A stretch of 64,000 nt of DNA from Camelus dromedarius (Eukaryota): positions 26,104,001 to 26,168,000 of the forward strand of contig NC_087437.1 in assembly GCF_036321535.1 (NCBI RefSeq), in the 5' to 3' direction. The notes below the pieces were generated by a model. The model did not search any database. It was not told the origin of the DNA and was given only the letters and a program-made list of their open reading frames with translations. The position numbers and the translations under genes are program-made. This document shows positions 1-13,780 of the stretch, one piece after another. Numbering within the stretch: the first letter of the stretch is position 1; each line of letters begins with the position of its first letter.

Positions 1-69
1 TTTTCCAATGAACAGTACATATATGTAAATTTAAAATTATATGTGCAGTAAAAAAGAAAAAAAGAAATG

Positions 70-595
70 ATCTAACAAGCTGTGAAAGACATAGAAGAAA
101 CTTCAAAGACATATTACTAAATGAAAGAAGCCAGTCTGAAAAGGCTACAAACTGTACGATTCCAACCAAAGGACATTCTGGAAAAGGCACAGCTACAGAA
201 ACAATAAAAAGATCGTGGTTTCCAGGGGTCTGGGGAGAGGGAGGGAGGGAGGAATGAATAGATGGAGCACAAGGGATTTTTAGGGCAATGAAATTATTCC
301 GTACGATACTATAGTGGTGGCTACATGTCATTATGCATTTGTCAAAACCCATAGAATGCACAACATCAAGAGTGAACCCTAGTGTAAACTATGGACTTTG
401 GCTGATAATAATGTGCCCATGTTGGTTCATCAGTTGTACCAAATATGCCACACTGATGTGGGGTGTTGAGGGTAGGAGAATATATATGTGTGGGTGGGGA
501 GGGCTATGTACGAACTCTCTGTATTTTCTGCTTAATTCTGCTGTGATCCTGAAACTGCGCTAAAACAATAAAATCTATTAAAAAAAAAAAAAAGA
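70..595 (+). mobile_element. Old LINE-1 3' end (L1MC-like) with A-rich tail
   Basis: aatgaaagaagccagtctgaaaaggctaca...gagtgaaccctagtgtaaactatggactttgg; poly(A) at about 580-593. Confidence 0.8.
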
Positions 596-599
596 AAGA

Positions 600-885
600 G
601 TACTGGCAGTTTTCTACTCCTTTTTCTGTTAAAATGATCCTTCTGGGAAGGCTGGAGACTGCCATGCTGTGAGGCAGCCCAAGTCAGCCTCATGAAGAAC
701 AGAGGTGCAGTGGACCAGACCCTCAGCTGGGCCTGGTCACCAGGCACTTGGCCAGCTGCATGCAGCTGTGCAGGGAATGCCAGGTGGGACCAGCAGAACA
801 TCTGCCCATCCAACATTCAGAACTGTAAAGTTGTTTGAAGCCACTGAGTTTTGGTGTGTTTTGCTACTCGGCAGTGGAAATCTGA
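600..885 (+). mobile_element. MLT1-type (ERVL-MaLR) LTR fragment
   Basis: ctgccatgctgtgaggcagccc...gttgtttgaagccactgagttttgg resembles the MLT1 3' end. Confidence 0.55.
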
Positions 886-919
886 AGCATATTAATGCTC
901 GATGCATATAATCATTTAC

Positions 920-1355
920 ACAGCCATAAATAGGAATGAAATAATGCCTTTTGCAGCAACACGGATGGACCTAGAGATGATCATACTAAGTGAAGTAAGT
1001 CAGACAGAGAAAGACAAATATCATACGCTACCACTTATATGTGGAATCTAAAAAAACAAGATACAAATGAACTTATTTACAAAACAGAAACACACTCACA
1101 GCCAGAGAGAACAAACTTATGGTTACCAGAGGAGGGAGGTAGGGGAGGGGATAAATTAGGAGTCTGGGATTTGCAGATACAAACTACTATGTAAGAAATA
1201 GATAAACAGCAAGGTCCTACTGTATAGCACAGGGAACTATATTCAATATCATATAGTAACCTATAATGAAAAAGAATATATGTATAACATAATCAGTTTG
1301 CTGTACACCAGAAACTAACACAACATTGTAAATCAACTATACTTCAATAAAAAAA
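920..1355 (+). mobile_element. LINE-1 3' end, cetartiodactyl type, 5'-truncated
   Basis: tttgcagcaacacggatggacctagagatgatcatactaagtgaagtaagtcagacagagaaagacaaatatc...tatacttcaataaaaaaa. Confidence 0.9.
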
Positions 1356-2319
1356 TGTATAATCTTTTAGTATCACTATTATTCAGAAGACTTGTATAAA
1401 GGATAATGGCATTTATTTAGACTGAATTGCCAATGAGAAACTGCTTGCTGTATGGGAGATGGGAACAAGGAAGGGAGGATGAAGTAAATTCTCTTTAGTC
1501 CTTTGTAGATTTTGATTTTTATTATGTAAAATAAAAACTTCAGTTCTTCTGCTCTAACCTGGAAAATCCCTGCTGTTCTGTTGGTTGAAATCCCCAAGAT
1601 GAAATCTGAGCCACTTAAGCATTTATTTCTTATTCAACCTGGAATCTTGCCTCCATCAAACAGCTTTTAAATACATGTCATAGCCTTGCTTTTCTTCCTG
1701 ACTTGCAATTTTGTGTAATTGCCATCTAAATAGACCTTGCAGCAATCATTTATCAGATTTATAGGTCCAAACTTCCTTCCTGAGTGATAGGAGCATCTTG
1801 TCTAAGCAAAAATAGGAATGTTCCAACCTTCTCTCACTCTTCTGCCACCCCCGTACATCTGGAGCTTTAACTTCAACTATTTTAAATAGAAGAAAGATGT
1901 TGGTGGAGACATCTCTCCCCTAAAAATGACTTGACTTCCTTCTTTCCAAGCAGTACTTAGCCCCTTGGGAGAAATTTTACTTTTTCTCCACAAGGGCATA
2001 TTGTTTCTCAAAGAAAATGCTGAGGGGACAAGGAAAGACTCGTGTTTGCAAATAAGAAGTTTTAAAATCCCAAACTGGGAAAAAGAAAACTTTAAACAAA
2101 AAATCCAGACTTCCAGGAATGATAGCAAACAGCCAGTCTCAACCCTCCTAAATCCTCACTTACATGACAGTCAAGAGTGTTTTTTGTTGTTGTTAGCGTT
2201 TTTTAAGGCATATGGCTACAAAGATGTGGAGAACAAGAGAGGAGACAACAGCTAAAAAGCATAAAAGCACTACAGCAGGACAAGTGGCAATGGAGGATGC
2301 AGACAGGAGAAAGCTGAAT

Positions 2320-2740
2320 CCTAGGCTGCTGTAACAAAGTACCACAAACTGAGTGGCTTAAACAATGGAAATTTATCTTCGCACAGCTCTGGAGGCTGCA
2401 AGTCCAAGATCGGGGTGTGGGCAGGGTTGGTTCTTTCTGAGGGCTGGGAAGAATAGGCTGTTCCAGGTCCCTCTCCTTGCTTCTGGTGGTTTGCTGGCCA
2501 TCACTGGAGTTTCTTGACCTGTGGAATCTCTGCCTGCATCTTCACACAGCGTTCTCCCTGTGTGCATGTCTCTGTGTACAAATGTCCCCTTTTTATAAGG
2601 ACACTAGTCATATTGGACTAGAACCCACTCTAATGACTTCATCTTAACAAAGGCCGTGTTTCCAAGTAAGGTCACATTCTGAGATGCTGGAGGTAGAACT
2701 TCAACATATGAAATCTGGGGGGACACAATTCATCACAACA
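2320..2740 (-). mobile_element. MLT1 LTR
   Basis: ggctgctgtaacaaagtaccacaaactgagtggcttaaac...ctggaggctgcaagtccaagatc...gggggacacaattca. Confidence 0.85.
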
Positions 2741-4142
2741 CTGAGCCTGCAGTGGGGAACCTGAGCCCTAAAGCAATTTCCCCCTCAGGATCTCCCCAAT
2801 TCCCACAGATGTGTCACTGGCCATCTATGCAGGTGAGGGTAGAGGAGCCAGGTTGAAATTAGCATGATGGGATCAAACCTGTGTAAGCAGCTAGGAAATT
2901 GAGCTTACCCCACCCCAACTGGAGGTTACCTAAGCCTCATGTAGCTAATGACTGTCTTATTGGAAAGTATAGCTATAAGACATTTCTATTACTATAGAAA
3001 GTTCTATTGGTCAGCAGTGCTCCAGAGAAAATAAAACAGAGGTTTCTGGACAAGAGGGCAAGCAAGTGCAGTGGCAGACAGAGGCCCACACCAGAGAAAA
3101 GGGGACAAATGAATCTTGTACTGTGGATGCTAAGAACCCCTGACGCCACCGCCCTCTTCCTCCAGTTGGCTCACCAAGTCATGCCCCGCGGGCACAAAGC
3201 AAAGCGTAAATTCATCCTTCTGACTCAAAAATAGAAAGCCTGAACCTTCAGTAGCCTCCTTCTAAGAGGCAGGAGAAAAAGTGAGGGCACGTAAACTAAC
3301 TTTTTCCTGATTCACTACTGTGTACCAAGCTTTTGACACATATTTTCTCATTGAGTCCTCTTAACAATTCAATGTAATGGGTGATTTTCTCATTTAAAGA
3401 TAAGAAAACTGAGACTCAAGAAGGCTGAATAATTGGCTTACGTTGTCTTGATTAGAAATGCAAACACAGAATTCAAACTCAGGACAGTTTGAACCCAAAG
3501 CCCACATTTTGCTTCTACTATACTGTACTGTTGGCTTGAATGGCTGGCTGCCTCGCAAACTTGGGTAAGTATCAGCAAGTCCCTCACCTTCTTTAAATCT
3601 GTTGGCCCTCAGGGTCAAATATGTTAAAGAACATTCATTCTGTAAGGCCCTAAGAGAGGGCTGAAAGGTTTAAATGAAGTAAATTATAAAAATTTGTAAA
3701 AAAAAAAAAGTCTGCACCTCTGTATAGATGTAAAATATCTCCCCATCCATACAGGAAATCCTCACAGAGATGACTGTGCATGCAGTTTTGGAAGGCTCTA
3801 GAGAACTTCAGGACATACCTGGGTCACTTTCTACCATCTTATCACTGTTGATAAGCCACATTTAGAGCCAGAACATCGAATACTTCCATGTCTTCCCAAA
3901 ATGGGGTTTTCTAACTAGATTTAGTGCTTAGCCCAGGGCAGGGTTTATGGATGGTATTCAGTGACTGTTGGATGGTGAATAAATCATTCAATTGCTAAAT
4001 AGATCCATCTGTTGATCAATCAGTTCTTAAATCAATGTTTAGACTCCAGGGAACAGTGAGACCTGAGACGCTATAATCAATGTGTAAAGCCCCCCTTTTG
4101 TGCATGAGACCTTGGTGTATTATATTCAAGCTCCAGACTAGA

Positions 4143-4293
4143 GGGGAGAGTATAGTTCCATGGTAGGGTGCGTGCTTAGCTTGCATGCGGTCTTAATTTC
4201 AATCCCCAGTACCTCCATGAAAAAGTAATAATAATAAATTAAACAGATGAATAAACCTAATTACCTCCTTCTCCAAAAAAAAAAAAAAAAAAA
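4143..4293 (+). mobile_element. Vic-1-like tRNA-Ala-derived SINE
   Basis: ggggagagtatagttccatggtagggtgcgtgcttagcttgcatg...tcaatccccagtacctcc, then aataaacctaattacc and poly(A); imperfect TSD ctccagacta/ctccaaacta. Confidence 0.85.
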
Positions 4294-5183
4294 TACCCTC
4301 CAAACTATACGGGACAGTTAGGAGCTCCAAGACTGATAAGGCACCTGGCATTTTATTTCCTTCACAAATGGTTTGGAATTGGGGTGGGTCCCACTAGAGA
4401 CATTTCTACAGGGACTAACAAGTTTTCTCCATCCCTGCCTTTGCCACATGAAATCTAGTCACAGGGTATCTTCCTACAGTGCAAAGTACCATCCTGATGC
4501 TAACACCGAAACAGCATAGAGATCTCCCTGGTAGTCAAGAGCCTTGGGAGCGGCCCTCATTGACAAGGTTTATCTAATGGCAAGATTAGCTGTAAAGCTT
4601 CCCTGTAACAGACTTCATAAAGGATGATGACTCAAGTCATTGCACGTTCAATGGCACACATTTCTAAGTGGATGTGAATTTGTTTAGCACTCTTTGGTAT
4701 TTTGGCGTCTCCGTGATTACTCTTACAGGCATTTGTTTCTACGTCAAAAAACTAGTGGACTGCTAATGAAACGTTTTGAAATGCTATTTAGAGGGCAAGG
4801 CTGTTTCCTAATTTCTTTCTACACAGGATGTGATGTCTAGGTAATTGTAAGAAATAACTGAGAAATCCTGCATACCATTTACCTAGTTTAAACATCTCTC
4901 TTTTTTTGTATATATATTTTTTATTGAACTATAGTCAGTTTACAATGTTGCATCAATTTCTGGTGTACAGCGCAATAAACATATTTTTTTAACTGACTTC
5001 AGAAGAAGTTGATACTGTTGTCTGAGTCAGTACTATTGACGCTCTGAGTATACATAAATAGTGCAAACAACTTTGTCAATTACTCAGTCCTCATTTTCTA
5101 ATATTTAAGAGGAGCAAGTTGTACTAATTCATTTGTAAGGGTTCATCCAGTCTGATATTCTATTAGAATCTGAGGTTAAGATC

Positions 5184-5475
5184 TCTGGCAGACCATGACC
5201 ATTGCTGCTTCTGTACAGCCCATGAGAATGGTTTTTACATTTTCAAATGGTTGGGAAAAAAAAATTGAAAGATATAACTTTTTGTGACATATGAAAATTA
5301 CACAAAATTCAAATTTCACTGACCATAATAATGACGTATTGAAACACAGCCATGCTTATTCATTTACTTATTTTCTCTGGCCATTTTCACGTTACAAGAG
5401 TTACGACAGAGACCGTATGTCCCACAAAGCCTGCGATATTTACTGGTCCTTCACAGAAAAAGTTTGCTGACTCTG
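5184..5475 (+). mobile_element. MER58-like hAT-Charlie DNA transposon
   Basis: gtttttacattttcaaatggttg...cagaaaaagtttgctgactctg terminal motif. Confidence 0.7.
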
Positions 5476-6389
5476 CCTTTAAACCATTCTTGCCCTTTAC
5501 TCCAGGAGTGCTGCTTCTAAGGATTTATCCTAAAGAAAAAGCAGAGATGTCCAACACTAGGGGATTCTTTACATAAAGTATGTTGCCTTTACCTGATGGA
5601 GACATACATAGTCATTAAAGATCATGTTTTATAAGAGTATTTAATGATTTGGGGAAAGCTTACAATACATGGTTTGATTGAAAATATAGATTTAAAAAGA
5701 ACATGCTTATAATATCAATTGTGTGAGGGGAAAAACTCTCTCCGGGTTTGAATGTGCAGACAAAAAGACCCATGACACAGCTCTCAGAGCTCGTCTTAGG
5801 CGGAGAGATTATGAGTGATTTCTGTTTTTTTCTTTATTGCATTCTACATTTTCTAATGTTTCTATGATGAATATATTTTACTTTATTTCATTTGAAAAAA
5901 AATTTAGTTTTATGCTAGATTCTAACTGAATATTCACTTATATATGTTCTTAGCAGAAAATTCAGATATTTCCTTTTGGTTGCCAAAAGTCATCAGAATG
6001 TAAAGCATAGGAAAATCTGAGCAAGAAGTGATTGAAATTCCTATTTCTCATTTCATAATACCTTACACTTATAATAGTGCTAATTATGTAGTGGTTTTAT
6101 ATTCAATTTAAAATAAAGTTAGGTTTTGAGATATCATTTTATATCCCTCAGATTAACAAAATCTTAAAAGTCTGAATATTGGTGAAGAAACAAAATTTTT
6201 ATATACTTTTGACAAGGTGTAAATTAGATCGGCCACTTTGAAAAACAATTTGCAAACTTCTAGTAAAACTGAAAATGCACATACCTTATTCCTCGGCATG
6301 TCCATTTCTAGGTACATACTCAAGAAAAATTTTCTCTTGTATTCATAAGGATACATAATCAAGGCAAAGATATTTTTAAACATATTTTT

Positions 6390-6510
6390 AATTTTGGGGG
6401 GGTAATTAGTTTTTTATTTATTTAGTTAGTTTAATGGTGGTACTGGGGATTGAACCCATGACCTTGTGCATGCTAGACACACACTCTACCACTGAGCTAT
6501 ACCCGTCCCC
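6390..6510 (-). mobile_element. Vic-1-like SINE nested in an old L1 fragment
   Basis: Reverse complement of the tRNA-Ala-like head; aaacatattttt on both sides (6378-6389, 6514-6525). Confidence 0.85.
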
Positions 6511-7529
6511 AAAAAACATATTTTTTAAAAGGGAGAAATTAGAAACATTCTATATAGCCATGGTCAGGAAAATGCATTAGTAATAGGTGGTGTGGTAACC
6601 TCATGCAACAGTTTAAATGAATGAACTATACATCAGCATGATTAGATCTTAAAAAGTAATAGTGAATAAAAAAGAAGCAAAAAGGGATGTATAACATAAT
6701 ATTTATATAAAAGTATTAAAAATAACAGGAAGAATATTATATGTACTTTTTGCCATTACATATAAAAACAGAAAGTTATATGAAAACATAAACTTAAGAC
6801 ACATGCGAGATCTGTGGTAGCATTTACTCTAGAGAGGGGAGGAGGAAATTAGGACCGGGGAAAGGTAAGAAGGAGACTGCGATTTTATTCATAAACAGTA
6901 ATTTCATTTCCACAGCAAACAATAAGCTTAAACACACATTACACAATGTGGACTTTTGTTTTTGTTGGCTATCTGCTTATATTTCATACAGTTTGAAATT
7001 TTTTTCCCTCAGTACTGCCTTAACAGCCCAAGGAAGACAAAATGGGTCAAGTTCACAGACTGTGATAGTAGAAAAGTGAAAAGAATCTCTAAAAGCAGGC
7101 GGTACTGAGTTATCTCACAATTTGTTGTAACTATTTTGAATTTCTATCTATAAGGATGTTCTCCTGGGACCTTATCTCTAGATCTTATCATCCCCGGAAG
7201 TCATATGCCTTCTGTGGTTTTACCTTAGAATCAGAGTCATCTGCACCAAGTCAGTAACACTTCAAAGTTCAATGACATTTATAATGGCAGTCATTACTGC
7301 CTTTTAAAATAACTAGAGAAGAGCGTATGGAGTCCCATTTCAAAACATAAAGACTATATCTCACAAGTAAAATAAGAGTCACGGAAGTTCAGGAAAAAAA
7401 TAGATAATTGTTGGTTATTACAGAGATAATTCACAGATTCTATCCCCAAATTAATTATTAATTAATATCAGCTTTCAGAACAGTCATCTATAGTTCATCT
7501 AAATTTTATCCAATTCTGTACACAAATTT

Positions 7530-7710
7530 TTTTAATTTTTTTATATTTTTAATTTATTTTTATTGAAGTACAGTCAGTTTACAATGTTATATCAATTTCT
7601 GGTGTACAGCACAATGCTTCCGTCATATAGAGCATACATACATTTGTTCTCATGTTCTTCTTTACCATAAGTTACTACAAGATGTTGAATATGGTTCCCT
7701 GTGCTATACT
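7530..7710 (-). mobile_element. Short LINE-1 3' end
   Basis: ttttattgaagtacagtcagtttacaatgtt...ggttccctgtgctatac; a shorter sibling lies at about 4900-4975. Confidence 0.8.
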
Positions 7711-7726
7711 AAATTTTTAAATTATT

Positions 7727-7729
<3 letters not shown>

Positions 7730-7761
<32 letters not shown>
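7730..7761. repeat. (TG)n microsatellite
   Basis: About 16 TG units. Confidence 0.95.
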
Positions 7762-7762
<1 letters not shown>

Positions 7763-10700
7763 ATGCACCTCATTTTTAAAGAAATCATATACAACTGAGT
7801 GGTTAAGAGCACAAGTGTTACATCCAAAATGCCTGGGTTTGAATCCAGATTTACTATTTATGTGACTTTAGAGAAGTAACTGAGCCTTTTAAAATAATTT
7901 AAACATTTTAGCTACTTAGCCATGCACAATATATTTTCAGAAGGTATCGAAAACATATGTTAGTAAGTCTGTATGCCGGTTCAGATGATTGTAACCATGG
8001 TTTTCCTAAATCTTTAACTTCCTATGGAGGTTTCTTTGGAAGTAACGCAGAATAAAAGTGACAAGAAGATTCCACTACTGAAAAATAGAAAGCCCAAAAA
8101 AAATCTTGTATCTTAAGATTTTAACATGTGTACTTTGATTCTGTTGAACAGCACATTCCAACTTCTCTGTTAGGAGTAAGAGGATCAAAGTTAATTTAGA
8201 ATTTTATTAAAAGCAGTACCTCTCAAAAAAAAAAAAGATTTTAGCTTTTATAACTGCATCCAAATCACTCAATAATAAGCTCAAGTCTTGGCTTATGCAA
8301 CCCCTTGGGATCTGAAAGCTGCCAATTGTATCTTCCTATGCTTGAGACACACTTTTCTCTCAAGTCTTAATTAGAAAGGTTTTTCTGTTCGAATCACCTT
8401 ACTGCATGTGGCGTGTTCTGCCAGCCGAGGCACATGACATTTTTCCGTCCAACCTTCAGTAATCAGTGAAGGCTTCAAAGATTAATAAGCAATTAAAGAG
8501 AAGGAAGTAATTGACTTTTATTAGGGAACACTGAGGCAATTAGACTCCGTGGTTTCTGGTCATCTTGAGGCGTGGCTTGCTCATCTTATTTTTAGCAGCA
8601 ATATAACCTACGTCTCTTCCTAAGCTGCCATCGTCTGTGTATTCATAGGCCTAACTGGCATCTCAAGTATTTTCCACGTGGAGATTTGCATAGGGAGAGA
8701 GCAGCAGCGCAGTCTGGGGTTCTCAGGGCAAATGGGGAAGTGAGGTTTGTTCATTTGTTTTTCCTTCCAGAAGGCTGTGTGATAGGCATGTAAGATACAG
8801 CCTTTGAATAGCCCTTGATGAAGTCAGTTTACCCGGCTGTCTTATCTGGTCCCGGGTCCAGACCTTACTGTGCGAGCAACAGGCAGTGAGCAGCATCGCT
8901 GTCTCTCTTGCCTTGTCTGATGCTGAGTCTTTACGGGTAGATAATCACCTGTGCTCCGTACTCCGTGACAGCAACGACCCTAAACTTCCAGTCAAGGTCA
9001 CTAGTCCCTAGCTTTCAATCTCAGACACAGGTAGAAAACACTGTTACATTTTAGCTCTTTCTGATGAGTAGTTAAAACTGGTTTTCTGTGGATGGATTTC
9101 TTAGTCGATGACATCCCAAGCTCTTTTTTAAAAAAGGCAATTTGCTTACAAATACATGTGTCATGGGTTCTTATCTGAGTTGAAAAAAAAAGGAAGCCTG
9201 TTATAAATGTCAAGAATGGAACAAAGGTTACAGCAAGCCCAGTGTGATATGGAGCCCTTAATTACCATGCTAAGCCTCAGAACATGATTGAGAGGTGGTG
9301 ACTAACAGGTAGCTTCATGTCCCTCCTGCAGGCATGTTAGGTCCCCCTGTCATGACAAAGGGAAACTCCTAGGCGTGACCAGCCCTCCTGTGTAATCCTG
9401 GTGTGGCTGGGGCCTCCCTTTGCTGGTCATTAGGTCTGGAGGAGGATGCTGTCTGTAGATTCAAGGAGGATGGGGGTTGGTGGACCCTATATTCTGAATT
9501 GAAAAAGGGCAATGATATGGCTGGTGCTCTAGATGGGGGAAATCACTCAGACCATCATCCCTCAAAATAGTTCCAGGAAGCGTCAAAAAAAGATGGACTA
9601 TGAATAGCAGGTGGGTAAGGCATTTCACGGCAGGGAGAGAGATAGTCCTGTATCAGCCATGAGAGACAGCAGTGACTTCCTATGGAGTGGCCAAAGGAGT
9701 TACTCAGAATCCCCCTGGACTCAGGTGGGCCAGGGTAGGGGCGTGGCTAGATGCTCCTGGAGGCTGATCCCAGGGCTAACAACTCAGGCCCCAGGGTCTC
9801 TTTATAATTATATAAGGTAAGATGAATATCATTCCCACTGTGAGAAGACACACGCGCGCACACACACGCACACACACAGTACCACCAATTCTATTAAGGA
9901 ACTTCATATCAAAACAAACTAATTGAAGTTGACATATGAGAGTTGGCATCAATTAGAAAGGGTGGCAAAGAGACCACTGACAGCCCGTGTGACTTCTCTT
10001 ATGACAATGGCAGGCAAGGCCATGTCACTCAGTCCATTGGTGAGGAAGAATGTGCCTATAGTTCCTCAAGGACCAGATTAAATTCATGCCACTAAGGCAA
10101 ATAAATACCTTTACAGGAACGTAATGCTTTGCGCCACGGGGACACATTCTGATGGGAGGGGTATCTGAACTGTTAACGAGAGGACTGACGTTCATTCTTG
10201 CTTGTAGCATGGGGCCAGATCCTTTGGAAACTCTCAGCCAGCATTCAGAGAAATGCAGAGGCATAACTGGAGAGATGGAGCAGTGGGACATAGTAGAGTT
10301 TTTGAAGGACAAAGTAGCATCATTAGAATGAGAGACTTGAAGGGGAAAAGAGCTGTACGTGGGCTTGAGGAAGAGACCTGAGGAGAGAAGAACAAGTGGG
10401 TTAACAGACAGGTTCAAGGACACCCATCCTTTAAAGACCTTCAAAGAGCCTAGGAGGGCTCAATTGTTAGAAGGCACAAAAGATCTCTCGGCCTGAAGCA
10501 TCTTAATGTTTATTTTTCCTGTTCTGAAATACTCTTTGGATATTTACCTCCCTTTTTAATAAATATAGAGGGGGCTAAGGGACGGGAGGACATAAAAGAT
10601 GCAGATTTGAGATGCAGAGAGGCAGACTGATTTCCAAAACCCCACCTTAGATGAAAGTTGCTTATATTCGAAAGCTACCTTGAAAGTCACATAAGTCTCC

Positions 10701-12439
10701 CATAACACAGAGGACAGGAGGTTTCTTACAAAGACTTTAAACTCAAAGTTCTTCCCACTGTACGTGACTCTTCTCATCTTCAGTCATCTTCCCACGTCTC
10801 ATTGGCAGGTATTTTCCTGAAATCATGGCCCAGTCATTGTAGGATAAAAATATACAGTGGTTATCCATGGCCTGCATTCTTTCCCACCAATTCTCATTTA
10901 ATTCAATTCCATAGACACATGTTTAACTCCATGAGGATGACACCCAATAATAGGAAGGCAGAACATCACAGCGGACTAAAGACTCTGGAATCAAACCGCG
11001 TGGGCTTGAATCCTAACCGCCTGAAAGTGTGACCTTGGGCAAGTTTCTGTGCTTATTTTTTCCCATCTGTATAAAGGGTATAACAATATCATGTACCTCA
11101 TAGGGTTGTTAAGGTAATTAAATGATGTAATTCATATCAAGCACTTAGGACAATAATCGAGACTTATCAAGAACCAAATACATCCTGGTTAATATTATTT
11201 AGAAGGACAGAGATTTGTGGGGACCCTACCTACATAAATAATTATTTGAGCTGCTTAAATAACTCTGCCACCTGGAGGAGGCTGATAAGCGCCATGGAAT
11301 AAGTGTTAACCAGGTATTACTGAGTTCTAACCAGGGAGGCAGGAGCTGCAGGAGGAGACTGTATGAGAAGGTCTGTGGGTTGGGAGAGGATTCTAAAAGG
11401 TAGGACAGGCAGAGACACTTAGGTTTTCCAAAAAAAAGGAGACTAAAATGAGTATTTGAGTTAATTTTTTTTTAAGCAATGTAACTATTGGTGCCATGAG
11501 TGGGACATGGAAAATGGAAGAGCTTCCAGACCTCCCCACTCCCTCAGTCCAAGGAAGCACACAACTTGAATAGCACCTGATTTCTCTATCAGCTACCTTG
11601 GGGTGATGCTGCCTGGCTTTAGGAAGACACGCGTAGTATTTCTACCCAGGAGACTAAAGCTTCCATGCTGACCTGGTTACTGACCTGAATATTACACGTG
11701 TCTTCCTGAAGCTAGGTAGCATCTCCCCTTCAGTTCTGACTTATCCTATGACTTAACTAAGTCACATAGCCCCTTAGGGGCCTCCCCCCACTTCTTCCTT
11801 TCCCCTCCCCCCTCCCCCCTCCTCCTTCCCTTCCATGTTATTCTATCTAATGATGTTTTGTGAAGGATGACTAAGATTCATACAATCATTTTGTAAAATT
11901 ACAAAATGCCCTGTGGTTAAACGGTGACTAAACAGGAAACAAAAATCAAACCAACGAGGCATAACTATCTTCATCTTCACGTGAACTAGCTTGCTCAATC
12001 TCAGAATTAATGATTTCAGATATGTTAATTTAATGATGCCTCCGACGCTTGGGCTGGATGCTGCTATTTTAGAGAAGAGGAAACTGACGCTGCCTGATGG
12101 GAGCCACGAGTTAGCAGCAGAGTCAGTGAAAGGCCTCAGAGACTTGACCACTGGCTGGAGTAGCAGCCTGAAAGGTAACCTTCAGCTTGCTTTAGACTGA
12201 GACCTTCTGCTGCATGCGCTAGTAGCTCAGAGGGCTGCCCTGGGTGCTATAGAGCTAAGTTACAGAAAAAGCCCTGTAACCACATGCTAATAGTCTGGAG
12301 ATGTCCTCCAGCCTTGGGGGTCATGATTTTGTCCTTAAAAATTTCCCAAAGCAAGTACATATAATCATATATGTATATGTATATACGTATGTATGTGTGT
12401 GTGTATGTATGTGTGTATATATATATGTGACTTGGAGCT

Positions 12440-13780
12440 TGAATATATAAAAATTCTTGCAATTCAGTAATAAGAAGACAATTGAATAAAAAATGGCTAA
12501 AAGATTTGAACAGATACTTCACAAAAGAAGAGATATACAAGTGGCCAATAAGCACATTAAAAAATGCTCAACACCATTAATTATCAAGGAAATGCAAATT
12601 AAAACCCCAAGGTACAAGGTGTTGCCACACTCATAGAGCAACTGGAATTCTTGTATATTGCTGGGTAGGAGTGTAGCGTGATACAACCACTAGAGAAAAT
12701 AGCTTGACAATTTCTTACAAAACGTCCACAGGACCTAGCAATTCCATTCCTAGGTATGAAAACACGTCCACACAGAGTTTTATGGAAAAGCTCATAGCAG
12801 TCATATTCTGTGGCAGACAGCCTCTACCATGGATCCCAGTGGTCCCCACCTGCTAGAATTCATGCTTTTGTTAACACCCTCTCCTGGAGTGTGGGCTGAA
12901 CCTCTGACTTACCCTAACAAAGAGAATATGGCAAAAGTGACAAGGTCTCACTTCTGGGATTAGGGTACCAAAAGACTCAAGTTCATTTTCTCTGCTCTCT
13001 CTTGCTCTCTTCCTTGTTTGCTCTGATGAAGCCAGTGGGCATGTTATGGGCTTCCCAGTGAAGAGGCCACATGACAAGGAATTGAAGGAGGCCTCTAGCC
13101 AATAGCCAGTGGGGAACTGAGGCTTTCAGTCCAGGAGCCCACAAGGAACTGAATCCTCCCAATAACCATGAGCTTGGGGATGAGCTGCCTGGCCAACAGC
13201 TTGACTCCAATTTTGTGAGAGACCTTGAGGCAGAAGCTTCCAGTTAAGCTAGACCAGAATTCCTGACCCACAGAAACTGTGGCATATTGAATGTCTCCCT
13301 TTTAAATCACTAAGTTTTGTGGTAATTTGTTACACAGCACTAGATAACTAATGCATATTTATAGTAGTCAAAAACTGAAAATAACAGAAGGATGAATGCA
13401 TTGCAATATATTCATACAGTGAAATGCCACTTGACAATAAAAAGAAACAAACTTCTGATATCTGCAACAACACAGATGAATCTAAAACCATTAAATTCAG
13501 GAAAGCAAACTGCAAACAAAAGAAACCATATGGTATGATTCCATTTATATGAAAGTCTATAAAAGACAACATTTACAGTAACAGAGAGCTAGCTGATCAG
13601 TGGTTGCCCAGGGCTAGGAGTTGGGACTGACTGCAAAGGAACAAAGGAAACTTCTGGAGTGATGGAAAGGTTATATATCTCGTGTTTACCTTTGTCATAA
13701 CTCGTTGACCTATATGCCTAAAATAGGTATGTAGACTTAATTTATCATATGTAAATTATACCCCAAATAAATTGATTAAC
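12440..13780 (+). mobile_element. Old L1M fragment interrupted by an MLT1 LTR
   Basis: L1 ORF2-end motifs (aaagatttgaacagatacttcacaaaagaagagatatacaagtggccaataagcac) resume after the LTR. Confidence 0.75.
12809..13355 (+). mobile_element. Near-complete MLT1 solo LTR
   Basis: TG...CA termini (tgtggcagac...gataactaatgca); 5-bp TSD tattc/tattt. Confidence 0.85.
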
